Below the pieces are notes generated by a model. That model was not told the origin of the DNA, made no database searches, and saw nothing but the letters and a program-made list of their open reading frames with translations. This document shows, one piece after another, positions 1 through 11,100 of a DNA stretch of 64,000 nt; position 1 is the stretch's first letter, and each line of letters begins with the position of its first letter. Source of the DNA: the human T2T-CHM13v2.0 reference genome, Homo sapiens; the NCBI RefSeq assembly GCF_009914755.1, contig NC_060935.1. One strand, given 5' to 3'. Position numbers and translations under genes: made by a program.

Positions 1-71
1 CTCTTGACAGAGCAGCTCTGAAACCCTCTTTTTCTAGAGTCTGCAAGTGGACATTTGGAGGGCTTTGAGGC

Positions 72-88
72 CTGTGGTGGAAAAGGAA
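72..88 (+). promoter_or_regulatory. A-box (pJalpha-type motif) of an A-type monomer (representative); a more diverged one is at ~241-258
   Basis: CTGTGGTGGAAAAGGAA occupies the CENP-B box position and is one mismatch from the pJalpha motif CTAYGGTGRAAAAGGAA. Confidence 0.75.
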
Positions 89-579
89 AATCTTCACATA
101 AAAACTAGATGGAAGCATTCTCAGAAACTACTTTGTGATGATTGCATTCGACTCACAGAGTTGAAAATTCCTATAGATAGAGCAGGTTGTAAAGAATCTG
201 CTTGTAGAATCTGCGATTGGAGATTTGGACTGCTTTGAGGTCTACTGTAGTAAAGGAAATAACTTCATCTAAAAACCAAACGGAAGCATTCACAGACAAT
301 TCTTAGTGATCATTGGATTGAACTAACAGAGCTGAACATTCCTTTAGATGGAGCAGTTTCCAAACACACTTTCTGTAGAATCTGCAAGGGGATATTTGGA
401 CCTCTCTGAGGATTTCGTTGGAAACGTGATAAACTTCCCAGAACTACACGGAAGCATTCTGAGAAACTTCTTTGTGATATTTGCATTCAACTCACAGAGT
501 TGAACCTTGCTTTCATAGTTCAGCTTTCAAACACTCTTTTTGTAGAATCTGCAAGTGGATATTTGGACCACTTTGTGGC

Positions 580-596
580 CTTCCTTCGAAACGGGT
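580..596 (+). promoter_or_regulatory. Degenerate CENP-B box in the middle B-type monomer (fixed in all HORs)
   Basis: CTTCCTTCGAAACGGGT sits at the box position but has TTCC instead of the essential TTCG; predicted not to bind. Confidence 0.75.
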
Positions 597-750
597 ATAT
601 CTTCACATCAAACCTAGACAGAAGCATTCTCAGAATGTTTCCTGTGATGACTGCATTCAACTCACAGAGGTGAACAATCCTGCTGATGGAGCAGTTTTGA
701 AACTCTCTTTCTTTGGATTCTGCAAGTGGATATGTGGACCTCTGTGAAGA

Positions 751-767
751 TTTCGTTGGAAACGGGT
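751..767 (+). promoter_or_regulatory. CENP-B box, intact (representative; recurs once per HOR, core intact in 73 of 75 copies by eye)
   Basis: TTTCGTTGGAAACGGGT matches the 17-bp core NTTCGNNNNANNCGGGN. Confidence 0.93.
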
Positions 768-2112
768 TCATCTTCACAGAAAAACTAAACAGGAGCATTC
801 TCAGAAACTGCTTTGTGATGTTTGTGTTCCACTTCAGGAATTGAACTTTCCTCTTGACAGAGCAGCTCTGAAACCCTCTTTTTCTAGAATCTGCAAGTGG
901 ACATTTGGAGGGCTTTGAGTCCTGTGGTGGAAAAGGAAAATCTTCACATAAAAACTAGATGGAAGCATTCTCACAAACTACTTTGTGATGATTGCATTCG
1001 ACTCACAGAGTTGAACATTCCTATAGATAGAGCAGGTTGTAAACAATCTTTTTGTAGAATCTGCGATTGGAGATTTGGACTGCTTTGAGGCCTACTGTAG
1101 TAAAGGAAATCACTTCATCTAAAAACCAAACGGAAGCATTCACAGACAATTCTTAGTGATCATTGGATTGAACTAACAGAGCTGAACATTCCTTTAGATG
1201 GCGCAGTTTCCAAACACACTTTCTGTAGAATCTGCCACTGGATATTTGGACCTCTCTGAGGATTTCGTTGGAAATGGGATAAACATCCCAGAACTACGCG
1301 GAAGCATTCTGAGAAACTTCTTTGTGATGTTTGCATTCAACTCACAGAGTTGAACCTTGCTTTCATAGTTCAGCTTTCAAACACTCTTTTTGTAGAATCT
1401 GCAAGTGGATATTTGGACCACTTTGTGGCCTTCCTTCGAAACGGGTATATCTTCACATCAAACCTAGACAGAAGCATTCTCAGAATGTTTCCTGTGATGA
1501 CTGCATTCAACTCACAGAGGTGAACAATCCTGCTGATGGAGCTGTTTTGAAACTCTCTTTCTTTGGATTCTGCAAGTGGATATGTGGACCTCTGTGAAGA
1601 TTTCGTTGGAAACGGGTTCATCTTCACAGAAAAACTAAACAGGAGCATTCTCAGAAACTGCTTTGTGATGTTTGTGTTCCACTTCAGGAATTGAACTTTC
1701 CTCTTGACAGAGCAGCTCTGAAACCCTCTTTTTCTAGAATCTGCAAGTGGACATTTGGAGGGCTTTGAGGCCTGTGGTGGAAAAGGAAAATCTTCACATA
1801 AAAACTAGATGGAAGCATTCTGAGAAACTACTTTGTGATGATTGCATTCGACTCACAGAGTTGAACGTTCCTATAGAGAGAGCAGGTTGTAAACAATCTT
1901 TTTGTAGAATCTGCGATTGGAGATTTGGACTGTTTTGAGGCCTACTGTAGTAAAGGAAATAACTTCATCTAAAAACCAAACGGAAGCATTCACAGACAAT
2001 TCTTAGTGATCATTGGATTGAACTAACAGAGCTGAACATTCCTTTAGATGGAGCAGTTTCCAAACACACTTTCTGTAGAATCTGCAAGTGGATATTTGGA
2101 CCTCTCTGAGGA

Positions 2113-2129
2113 TTTCGTTGGAAACGGGA
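2113..2129 (+). promoter_or_regulatory. CENP-B box, canonical (representative intact copy in HOR3; this position recurs once per HOR but its core is mutated in about 15 copies, including 413-429 and 1263-1279)
   Basis: TTTCGTTGGAAACGGGA matches the canonical YTTCGTTGGAARCGGGA. Confidence 0.93.
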
Positions 2130-5100
2130 TAAACTTCCCAGAACTACACGGAAGCATTCTGAGAAACTTTTTGTGATGTTTGCTTTCAACTCACAGAGTT
2201 GAACCTTGCTTTCATAGTTCAGCTTTCAAACACTCTTTTTGTAGAATCTGCAAGTGGATATTTGGACCACTTTGTGGCCTTCCTTCGAAACGGGTATATC
2301 TTCACATCAAACCTAGACAGACGCATTCTCTGAATGTTTCCTGTGATGGCTGCATTCAACTCACAGAGGTGAACAATCCTGTTGATGGAGCAGTTTTGAA
2401 ACTCTCTTTCTTTAGATTCTGCATGTGGATATGTGGACCTCTGTGAAGATTTCGTTGGAAACGGGTTCATCTTCACAGAAAAACTAAACAGGAGCATTCT
2501 CAGAAACTGCTTTGTGATGTTTGTGTTCCACTTCAGCAATTGAACTTTCCTCTTGACAGAGTAGCTCTGAAACCCTCTTTTTCTAGAATCTGCAAGTGGA
2601 CATTTGGAGGGCTTTGAGGCCTGTGGTGGAAAAGGAAAATCTTCACATAAAAACTAGATGGAAGCATTCTCAGAAACTACTTTGTGATGATTGCATTCGA
2701 CTCACAGAGTTGAACATTCCTATAGATAGAGCAGGTTGTAAACAATCTTTTTGTAGAATCTGCGATTTGAGATTTGGACTGCTTTGAGGCCTACTGTAGT
2801 AAAGGAAATAACTTCATCTAAAAACCAAACGGAAGCATTCACAGACAATTCTTAGTGATCATTTGATTGAACTAACCGAGCTGAACATTCCTTTAGATGG
2901 AGCAGTTTCCAAACACACTTTCTGTAGAATCTGCAAGTGGACATTTGGACCTCTCTGAGGGTTTCGTTGGAAACGGGATAAACTTCCCAGAACTACACGG
3001 AAGCATTCTGAGAAAATTCTTTGTGATGTTTGCATTCAACTCACAGAGTTGAACCTTGCTTTCATAGTTCAGCTTTCAAACACTCTTTTTGTAGAATCTG
3101 CAAGTAGATATTTGGACCACTTTGTGGCCTTCCTTCGAAACGGGTATATGTTCACATCAAACCTAGACAGAAGCATTCTCAGAATGTTTCCTGTGATGAC
3201 TGCATTCAACTCACAGAGGTGAACAATCCTGTTGATGGAGCAGTTTTGAAACTCTCTTTCTTTGGATTCTGCATGTGGATATGTGGACCTCTGTGAAGAT
3301 TTCGTTGGAAACGGGTTCATCTTCACAGAAAAACTAAACAGGAGCATTCTCAGATACTGCTCTGTGATGTTTGTGTTCCACTTCAGGAATTGAACTTTCC
3401 TCTTGACAGAGTAGCTCTGAAACCCTCTTTTTCTAGAATCTGCAAGTGTACATTTGGAGGGCTTTGAGGCCTGTGGTGGAAAAGGAAAATCTTCACATAA
3501 ATACTAGATGGAAGCATTCTCAGAAACTACTTTGTGATGATTGCATTCGACTCACAGAGTTGAACATTCGTATAGATAGAGCAGGTTGTAAACAATCTTT
3601 TTGTAGAATCTGCGATTGGAGATTTGGACTGCTTTGAGGCCTAGTGTAGTAAAGGAAATAACTTCATCTAAAAACCAAACGGAAGCATTCACAGACAATT
3701 CTTAGTGATCATTTGATTGAACTAACCGAGCTGAACATTCCTTTAGATGGAGCAGTTTCCAAACACACTTTCTGTAGAATCTGTAAGTGGACATTTGGAC
3801 CTCTCTGAGGGTTTCGTTGGAAACAGGATAAAATTCCCAGAACTACACGGAAGCATTCTGAGAAAATTCTTGGTGATGTTTGCATTCAACTCACAGAGTT
3901 GAACCTTGCTTTCATAGTTCAGCTTTCAAACACTCTTTTTGTAGAATCTGCAAGTGGATATTTGGACCACTTTGTGGCCTTCCTTCGAAACGGGTATATC
4001 TTCACATCAAACCTAGACAGAAGCATTCTCAGAATGTTTCCTGTGATGACTGCATTCAACTCACAGAGGTGAACAATCCTGTTGATGGAGCAGTTTTGAA
4101 ACTCTCTTTCTTTGGATTCTGCAAGTGGATATGTGGACCTCTGTGAAGATTTCGTTGGAAACGGGTTCATCTTCACAGAAAAACTAAACAGGAGCATTCT
4201 CAGAAACTGCTTTGTGATGTTTGTGTTCCACTTCAAGAATTGAACTTTCCTCTTGACAGAGCAGCTCTGAAACCCTCTTTTTCTAGAATCTGCAAGTGGA
4301 CATTTGGAGGGCTTTGAGGCCTGTGGTGGAAAAGGAAAATCTTCACATAAAAACTAGATGGAAGCATTCTCAGAAACTACTTTGTGATGATTGCATTCGA
4401 CTCACAGAGTTGAACATTCGTATAGATAGAGCAGGTTGTAAACAATCTTTTTGTAGAATCTGCGATTGGAGATTTGGACTGCTTTGAGGCCTACTGTAGT
4501 AAAGGAAATAACTTCATTTAAAAACCAAACGGAAGCATTCACAGACAATTCTTAGTGATCATTGGATTGAACTAACAGAGCTGAACATTCCTTTAGATGG
4601 CGCAGTTTCCAAACACACTTTCTGTAGAATCTGCAAGTGGATATTTGGACCTCTCTGAGGATTTCGTTGGAAACGGGATAAACTTCCCAGAACTACACGG
4701 AAGCATTCTGAGAAACTTCTTTGTGATGTTTGCATTCAACTCACAGAGTTGAACCTTGCTTTCATAGTTCAGCTTTCAAACACTCTTTTTGTAGAATCTG
4801 CAAGTAGATATTTGGACCACTTTGTGGCCTTCCTTCGAAACGGGTATATCTTCACATCAAACCTAGACAGAAGCATTCTCAGAATGTTTCCTGTGATGAC
4901 TGCATTCAACTCACAGAGGTGAACAATCCTGTTGATGGAGCAGTTTTGAAACTCTCTTTCTTTGGATTCTGCATGTGGATATGTGGACCTCTGTGAAGAT
5001 TTCGTTGGAAACGGGTTCATCTTCACAGAAAAACTAAGCAGGAGCATTCTCAGAAACTGCTTTGTGATGTTTGTGTTCCACTTCAGGAATTGAACTTTCC

Positions 5101-8100
5101 TCTTGACAGAGTAGCTCTGAAACCCTCTTTTTCTAGAATCTGCAAGTGGACATTTGGAGGGCTTTGAGGCCTGTGGTGGAAAAGGAAAATCTTCACATAA
5201 AAACTAGATGGAAGCATTCTCAGAAACTACTTTGTGATGATTGCATTCGACTCACAGAGTTGAACATTCCTATAGATAGAGCAGGTTGTAAACAATCTTT
5301 TTGTAGAATCTGCGATTGGACATTTGGAATGCTTTGAGGCCTACTGTAGTAAAGGAAATAACTTCATCTAAAAACCAAACGGAAGAATTCACAGACAATT
5401 TTTAGTGATCATTTGATTGAACAAACCGAGCTGAACATTCCTTTAGATGGAGCAGTTTCCAAACACACTTTCTGTAGAATCTGCAAGTGGACATTTGGAC
5501 CTCTCTGAGGGTTTCGTTGGAAACGGGATAAACTTCCCAGAACTACACGGAAGCATTCTGAGAAGATTCTTTGTGATGTTTGCATTCAACTCACAGAGTT
5601 GAACCTTGCTTTCATAGTTCAGCTTTCAAACACTCTTTTTGTAGAATCTGCAAGTAGATATTTGGACCACTTTGTGGCCTTCCTTCGAAACGGGTATATC
5701 TTCACATCAAACCTAGACAGAAGCATTCTCAGAATGTTTCCTGTGATGACTGCATTCAACTCACAGAGGTGAACAATCCTGTTGATGGAGCAGTTTTGAA
5801 ACTCTCTTTCTTTGGATTCTGCATGTGGATATGTGGACCTCTGTGAAGATTTCGTTGGAAACGGGTTCATCTTCACAGAAAAACTAAACAGGAGCATTCT
5901 CAGAAACTGCTCTGTGATGTTTGTGTTCCACTTCAGGAATTGAACTTTCCTCTTGACAGAGTAGCTCTGAAACCCTCTTTTTCTAGAATCTGCAAGTGGA
6001 CATTTGGAGGGCTTTGAGGCCTGTGGTGGAAAAGGAAAATCTTCACATAAATACTAGATGGAAGCATTCTCAGAAACTACTTTGTGATGATTGCATTCGA
6101 CTCACAGAGTTGAACATTCATATAGATAGAGCAGGTTGTAAACAATCTTTTTGTAGAATCTGCGATTGGAGATTTGGACTGCTTTGAGGCCTAGTGTAGT
6201 AAAGGAAATAACTTCATCTAAAAACCAAACGGAAGCATTCACAGACAATTCTTAGTGATCATTTGATTGAACTAACCGAGCTGAACATTCCTTTAGATGG
6301 AGCAGTTTCCAAACACACTTTCTGTAGAATCTGTAAGTGGATATTTGGACCTCTCTGAGGGTTTCGTTGGAAACAGGATAAAATTCCCAGAACTACACGG
6401 AAGCATTCTGAGAAAATTCTTGGTGATGTTTGCATTCAACTCACAGAGTTGAACCTTGCTTTCATAGTTCAGCTTTCAAACACTCTTTTTGTAGAATCTG
6501 CAAGTGGATATTTGGACCACTTTGTGGCCTTCCTTCGAAACGGGTATATCTTCACATCAAACCTAGACAGAAGCATTCTCAGAATGTTTCCTGTGATGAC
6601 TGCATTCAACTCACAGAGGTGAACAATCCTGTTGATGGAGCAGTTTTGAAACTCTCTTTCTTTGGATTCTGCAAGTGGATATGTGGACCTCTGTGAAGAT
6701 TTCGTTGGAAACGGGTTCATCTTCACAGAAAAACTAAACAGGAGCATTCTCAGAAACTGCTTTGTGATGTTTGTGTTCCACTTCAAGAATTGAAGTTTCC
6801 TCTTGACAGAGCAGCTCTGAAACCCTCTTTTTCTAGAATCTGCAAGTGGACATTTGGAGGGCTTTGAGGCCTGTGGTGGAAAAGGAAAATCTTCACATAA
6901 AAACTAGATGGAAGCATTCTCAGAAACTACTTTGTGATGATTGCATTCGACTCACAGAGTTGAACATTCCTATAGATAGAGCAGGTTGTAAACAATCTTT
7001 TTGTAGAATCTGCGATTGGAGATTTGGACTGCTTTGAGGCCTACTGTAGTAAAGGAAATAACATCATTTAAAAACCAAACGGAAGCATTCACAGACAATT
7101 CTTAGTGATCATTGGATTGAACTAACAGAGCTGAACATTCCTTTAGATGGCGCAGTTTCCAAACACACTTTCTGTAGAATCTGCAAGTGGATATTTGGAC
7201 CTCTCTGAGGATTTCGTTGGAAACGGGATAAACTTCCCAGAACTACACGGAAGCATTCTGAGAAACTTCTTTGTGATGTTTGCATTCAACTCACAGAGTT
7301 GAACCTTGCTTTCATAGTTCAGCTTTCAAACACTCTTTTTGTAGAATCTGCAAGTAGATATTTGGACCACTTTGTGGCCTTCCTTCGAAACGGGTATATC
7401 TTCACATCAAACCTAGACAGAAGCATTCTCAGAATGTTTCCTGTGATGACTGCATTCAACTCACAGAGGTGAACAATCCTGTTGATGGAGCAGTTTTGAA
7501 ACTCTCTTTCTTTGGATTCTGCATGTGGATATGTGGACCTCTGTGAAGATTTCGTTGGAAACGGGTTCATCTTCACAGAAAAACTAAACAGGAGCATTCT
7601 CAGAAACTGCTTTGTGATGTTTGTGTTCCACTTCAGGAATTGAACTTTCCTCTTGACAGAGTAGCTCTGAAACCCTCTTTTTCTAGAATCTGCAAGTGGA
7701 CATTTGGAGGGCTTTGAGGCCTGTGGTGGAAAAGGAAAATCTTCACATAAAAACTAGATGGAAGCATTCTCAGAAACTACTTTGTGATGATTGCATTCGA
7801 CTCACAGAGTTGAACATTCCTATAGATAGAGCAGGTTGTAAACAATCTTTTTGTAGAATCTGCGATTGGACATTTGGAATGCTTTGAGGCCTACTGTAGT
7901 AAAGGAAATAACTTCATCTAAAAACCAAACGGAAGAATTCACAGACAATTTTTAGTGATCATTTGATTGAACAAACCGAGCTGAACATTCCTTTAGATGG
8001 AGCAGTTTCCAAACACACTTTCTGTAGAATCTGCAAGTGGACATTTGGACCTCTCTGAGGGTTTCGTTGGAAACGGGATAAACTTCCCAGAACTACACGG

Positions 8101-11100
8101 AAGCATTCTGAGAAAATTCTTTGTGATGTTTGCATTCAACTCACAGAGTTGAACCTTGCTTTCATAATTCAGCTTTCAAACACTCTTTTTGTAGAATATG
8201 CAAGTGGATATTTGGACCACTTTTTGGCCTTCCTTCGAAACGGGTATATCTTCACATCAAACCTAGACAGAAGCATTCTCAGAATGTTTCCTGTGATGAC
8301 TGCATTCAACTCACAGAGGTGAACAATCCTGTTGATGGAGCAGTTTTGAAACTCTCTTTCTTTGGATTCTGCAAGTGGATATGTGGACCTCTGTGAAGAT
8401 TTCGTTGGAAACGGGTTCATCTTCACAGAAAAACTAAACAGGAGCATTCTCAGAAACTGCTTTGTGATGTTTGTGTTCCACTTCAAGAATTGAACTTTCC
8501 TCTTGACAGAGTAGCTCTGAAACCCTCTTTTTCTAGAATCTGCAAGTGGACATTTGGAGGGCTTTGAGGCCTGTGGTGGAAAAGGAAAATCTTCACATAA
8601 AAACTAGATGGAAGCATTCTCAGAAACTACTTTGTGATGATTGCATTCGACTCACAGAGTTGAACATTCCTATAGATAGAGCAGGTTGTAAACAATCTTT
8701 TTGTAGAATCTGCGATTGGAGATTTGGACTGCTTTGAGGCCTACTGTAGTAAAGGAAATAACTTCATCTAAAAACCAAACGGAAGCATTCACAGACAATT
8801 CTTAGTGATCATTGGATTGAACTAACAGAGCTGAACATTCCTTTAGATGGAGCAGTTTCCAAACACACTTTCTGTAGAATCTGCAAGTGGACATTTGGAC
8901 CTCTCTGAGGGTTTCGTTGGAAACGGGATAAACTTCCCAGAACTACACGGAAGCATTCTGAGAAACTTCTTTGTGATGTTTGCATTCAACTCACAGAGTT
9001 GAACCTTGCTTTCATAGTTCAGCTTTCAAACACTCTTTTTGTAGAATCTGCAAGTGGATATTTGGACCACTTTGTGGCCTTCCTTCGAAACGGGTATATC
9101 TTCACATCAAACCTAGACAGAAGCATTCTCAGAATGTTTCCTGTGATGACTGCATTCAACTCACAGAGGTGAACAATCCTGCTGATGGAGCAGTTTTGAA
9201 ACTCTCTTTCCTTGGATTCTGCAAGTGGATATGTGGACCTCTGTGAAGATTTCGTTGGAAACGGGTTCATCTTCACAGAAAAACTAAACAGAAGCATTCT
9301 CAGAAACTGCTTTGTGATGTTTGTGTTCCACTTCAGGAATTGAACTTTCCTCTTGACAGAGCAGCTCTGAAACCCTCTTTTTCTAGAGTCTGCAAGTGGA
9401 CATTTGGAGGGCTTTGAGGCCTGTGGTGGAAAAGGAAAATCTTCACATAAAAACTAGATGGAAGCATTCTCAGAAACTACTTTGTGATGATTGCATTCGA
9501 CTCACAGAGTTGAACATTCCTATAGATAGAGCAGGTTGTAAACAATCTGTTTGTAGAATCTGCGATTGGAGATTTGGACTGCTTTGAGGCCTACTGTAGT
9601 AAAGGAAATAACTTCATCTAAAAACCAAACGGAAGCATTCACAGACAATTCTTAGTGATCATTGGATTGAACTAACAGAGCTGAACATTCCTTTAGATGG
9701 AGCAGTTTCCAAACACACTTTCTGTAGAATCTGCAAGGGGATATTTGGACCTCTCTGAGGATTTCGTTGGAAACGGGATAAACTTCCCAGAACTACACGG
9801 AAGCATTCTGAGAAACTTCTTTGTGATATTTGCATTCAACTCACAGAGTTGAACCTTGCTTTCATAGTTCAGCTTTCAAACACTCTTTTTGTAGAATCTG
9901 CAAGTGGATATTTGGACCACTTTGTGGCCTTCCTTCGAAACGGGTATATCTTCACATCAAACCTAGACAGAAGCATTCTCAGAATGTTTCCTGTGATGAC
10001 TGCATTCAACTCACAGAGGTGAACAATCCTGCTGATGGAGCAGTTTTGAAACTCTCTTTCTTTGGATTCTGCAAGTGGATATGTGGACCTCTGTGAAGAT
10101 TTCGTTGGAAACGGGTTCATCTTCACAGAAAAACTAAACAGGAGCATTCTCAGAAACTGCTTTGTGATGTTTGTGTTCCACTTCAGGAATTGAACTTTCC
10201 TCTTGACAGAGCAGCTCTGAAACCCTCTTTTTCTAGAATCTGCAAGTGGACATTTGGAGGGCTTTGAGGCCTGTGGTGGAAAAGGAAAATCCTCACATAA
10301 AAACTAGATGGAAGCATTCTCAGAAACTACTTTGTGATGATTGCATTCGACTCACAGAGTTGAACATTCCTATAGATAGAGCAGGTTGTAAACAATCTTT
10401 TTGTAGAATCTGCGATTGGAGATTTGGACTGCTTTGAGGCCTACTGTAGTAAAGGAAATAACTTCATCTAAAAACCAAACGGAAGCATTCACAGACAATT
10501 CTTAGTGATCATTGGATTGAACTAACAGAGCTGAACATTCCTTTAGATGGCGCAGTTTCCAAACACACTTTCTGTAGAATCTGCCACTGGATATTTGGAC
10601 CTCTCTGAGGATTTCGTTGGAAATGGGATAAACATCCCAGAACTACACGGAAGCATTCTGAGAAACTTCTTTGTGATTTTCCATTCAACTCACAGAGTTG
10701 AACCTTGCTTTCATAGTTCAGCTTTCAAACACTCTTTTTGTAGAATCTGCAAGTGGATATTTGGACCACTTTGTGGCCTTCCTTCGAAACGGGTATATCT
10801 TCACATCAAACCTAGACAGAAGCATTCTCAGAATGTTTCCTGTGATGACTGCATTCAACTCACAGAGGTGAACAATCCTGCTGATGGAGCTGTTTTGAAA
10901 CTCTCTTTCTTTGGATTCTGCAAGTGGATATGTGGACCTCTGTGAAGATTTCGTTGGAAACGGGTTCATCTTCACAGAAAAACTAAACAGGAGCATTCTC
11001 AGAAACTGCTTTGTGATGTTTGTGTTCCACTTCAGGAATTGAACTTTCCTCTTGACAGAGCAGCTCTGAAACCCTCTTTTTCTAGAATCTGCAAGTGGAC

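Larger units (their letters stand above)
112..961 (+). repeat. One representative HOR split into five diverged monomers of 171, 168, 170, 171 and 170 bp
   Basis: The G(A/G)AGCATTC landmark starts at 112, 283, 451, 621, 792 and 962; spacings sum to 850. Neighbouring monomers are clearly more diverged from each other than from their counterpart 850 bp away. Confidence 0.95.

Noticed and set aside
10547-10945. Longest ORF (132 aa)
   Set aside because: Produced by the single-base deletion near 10678 fusing two satellite frames.
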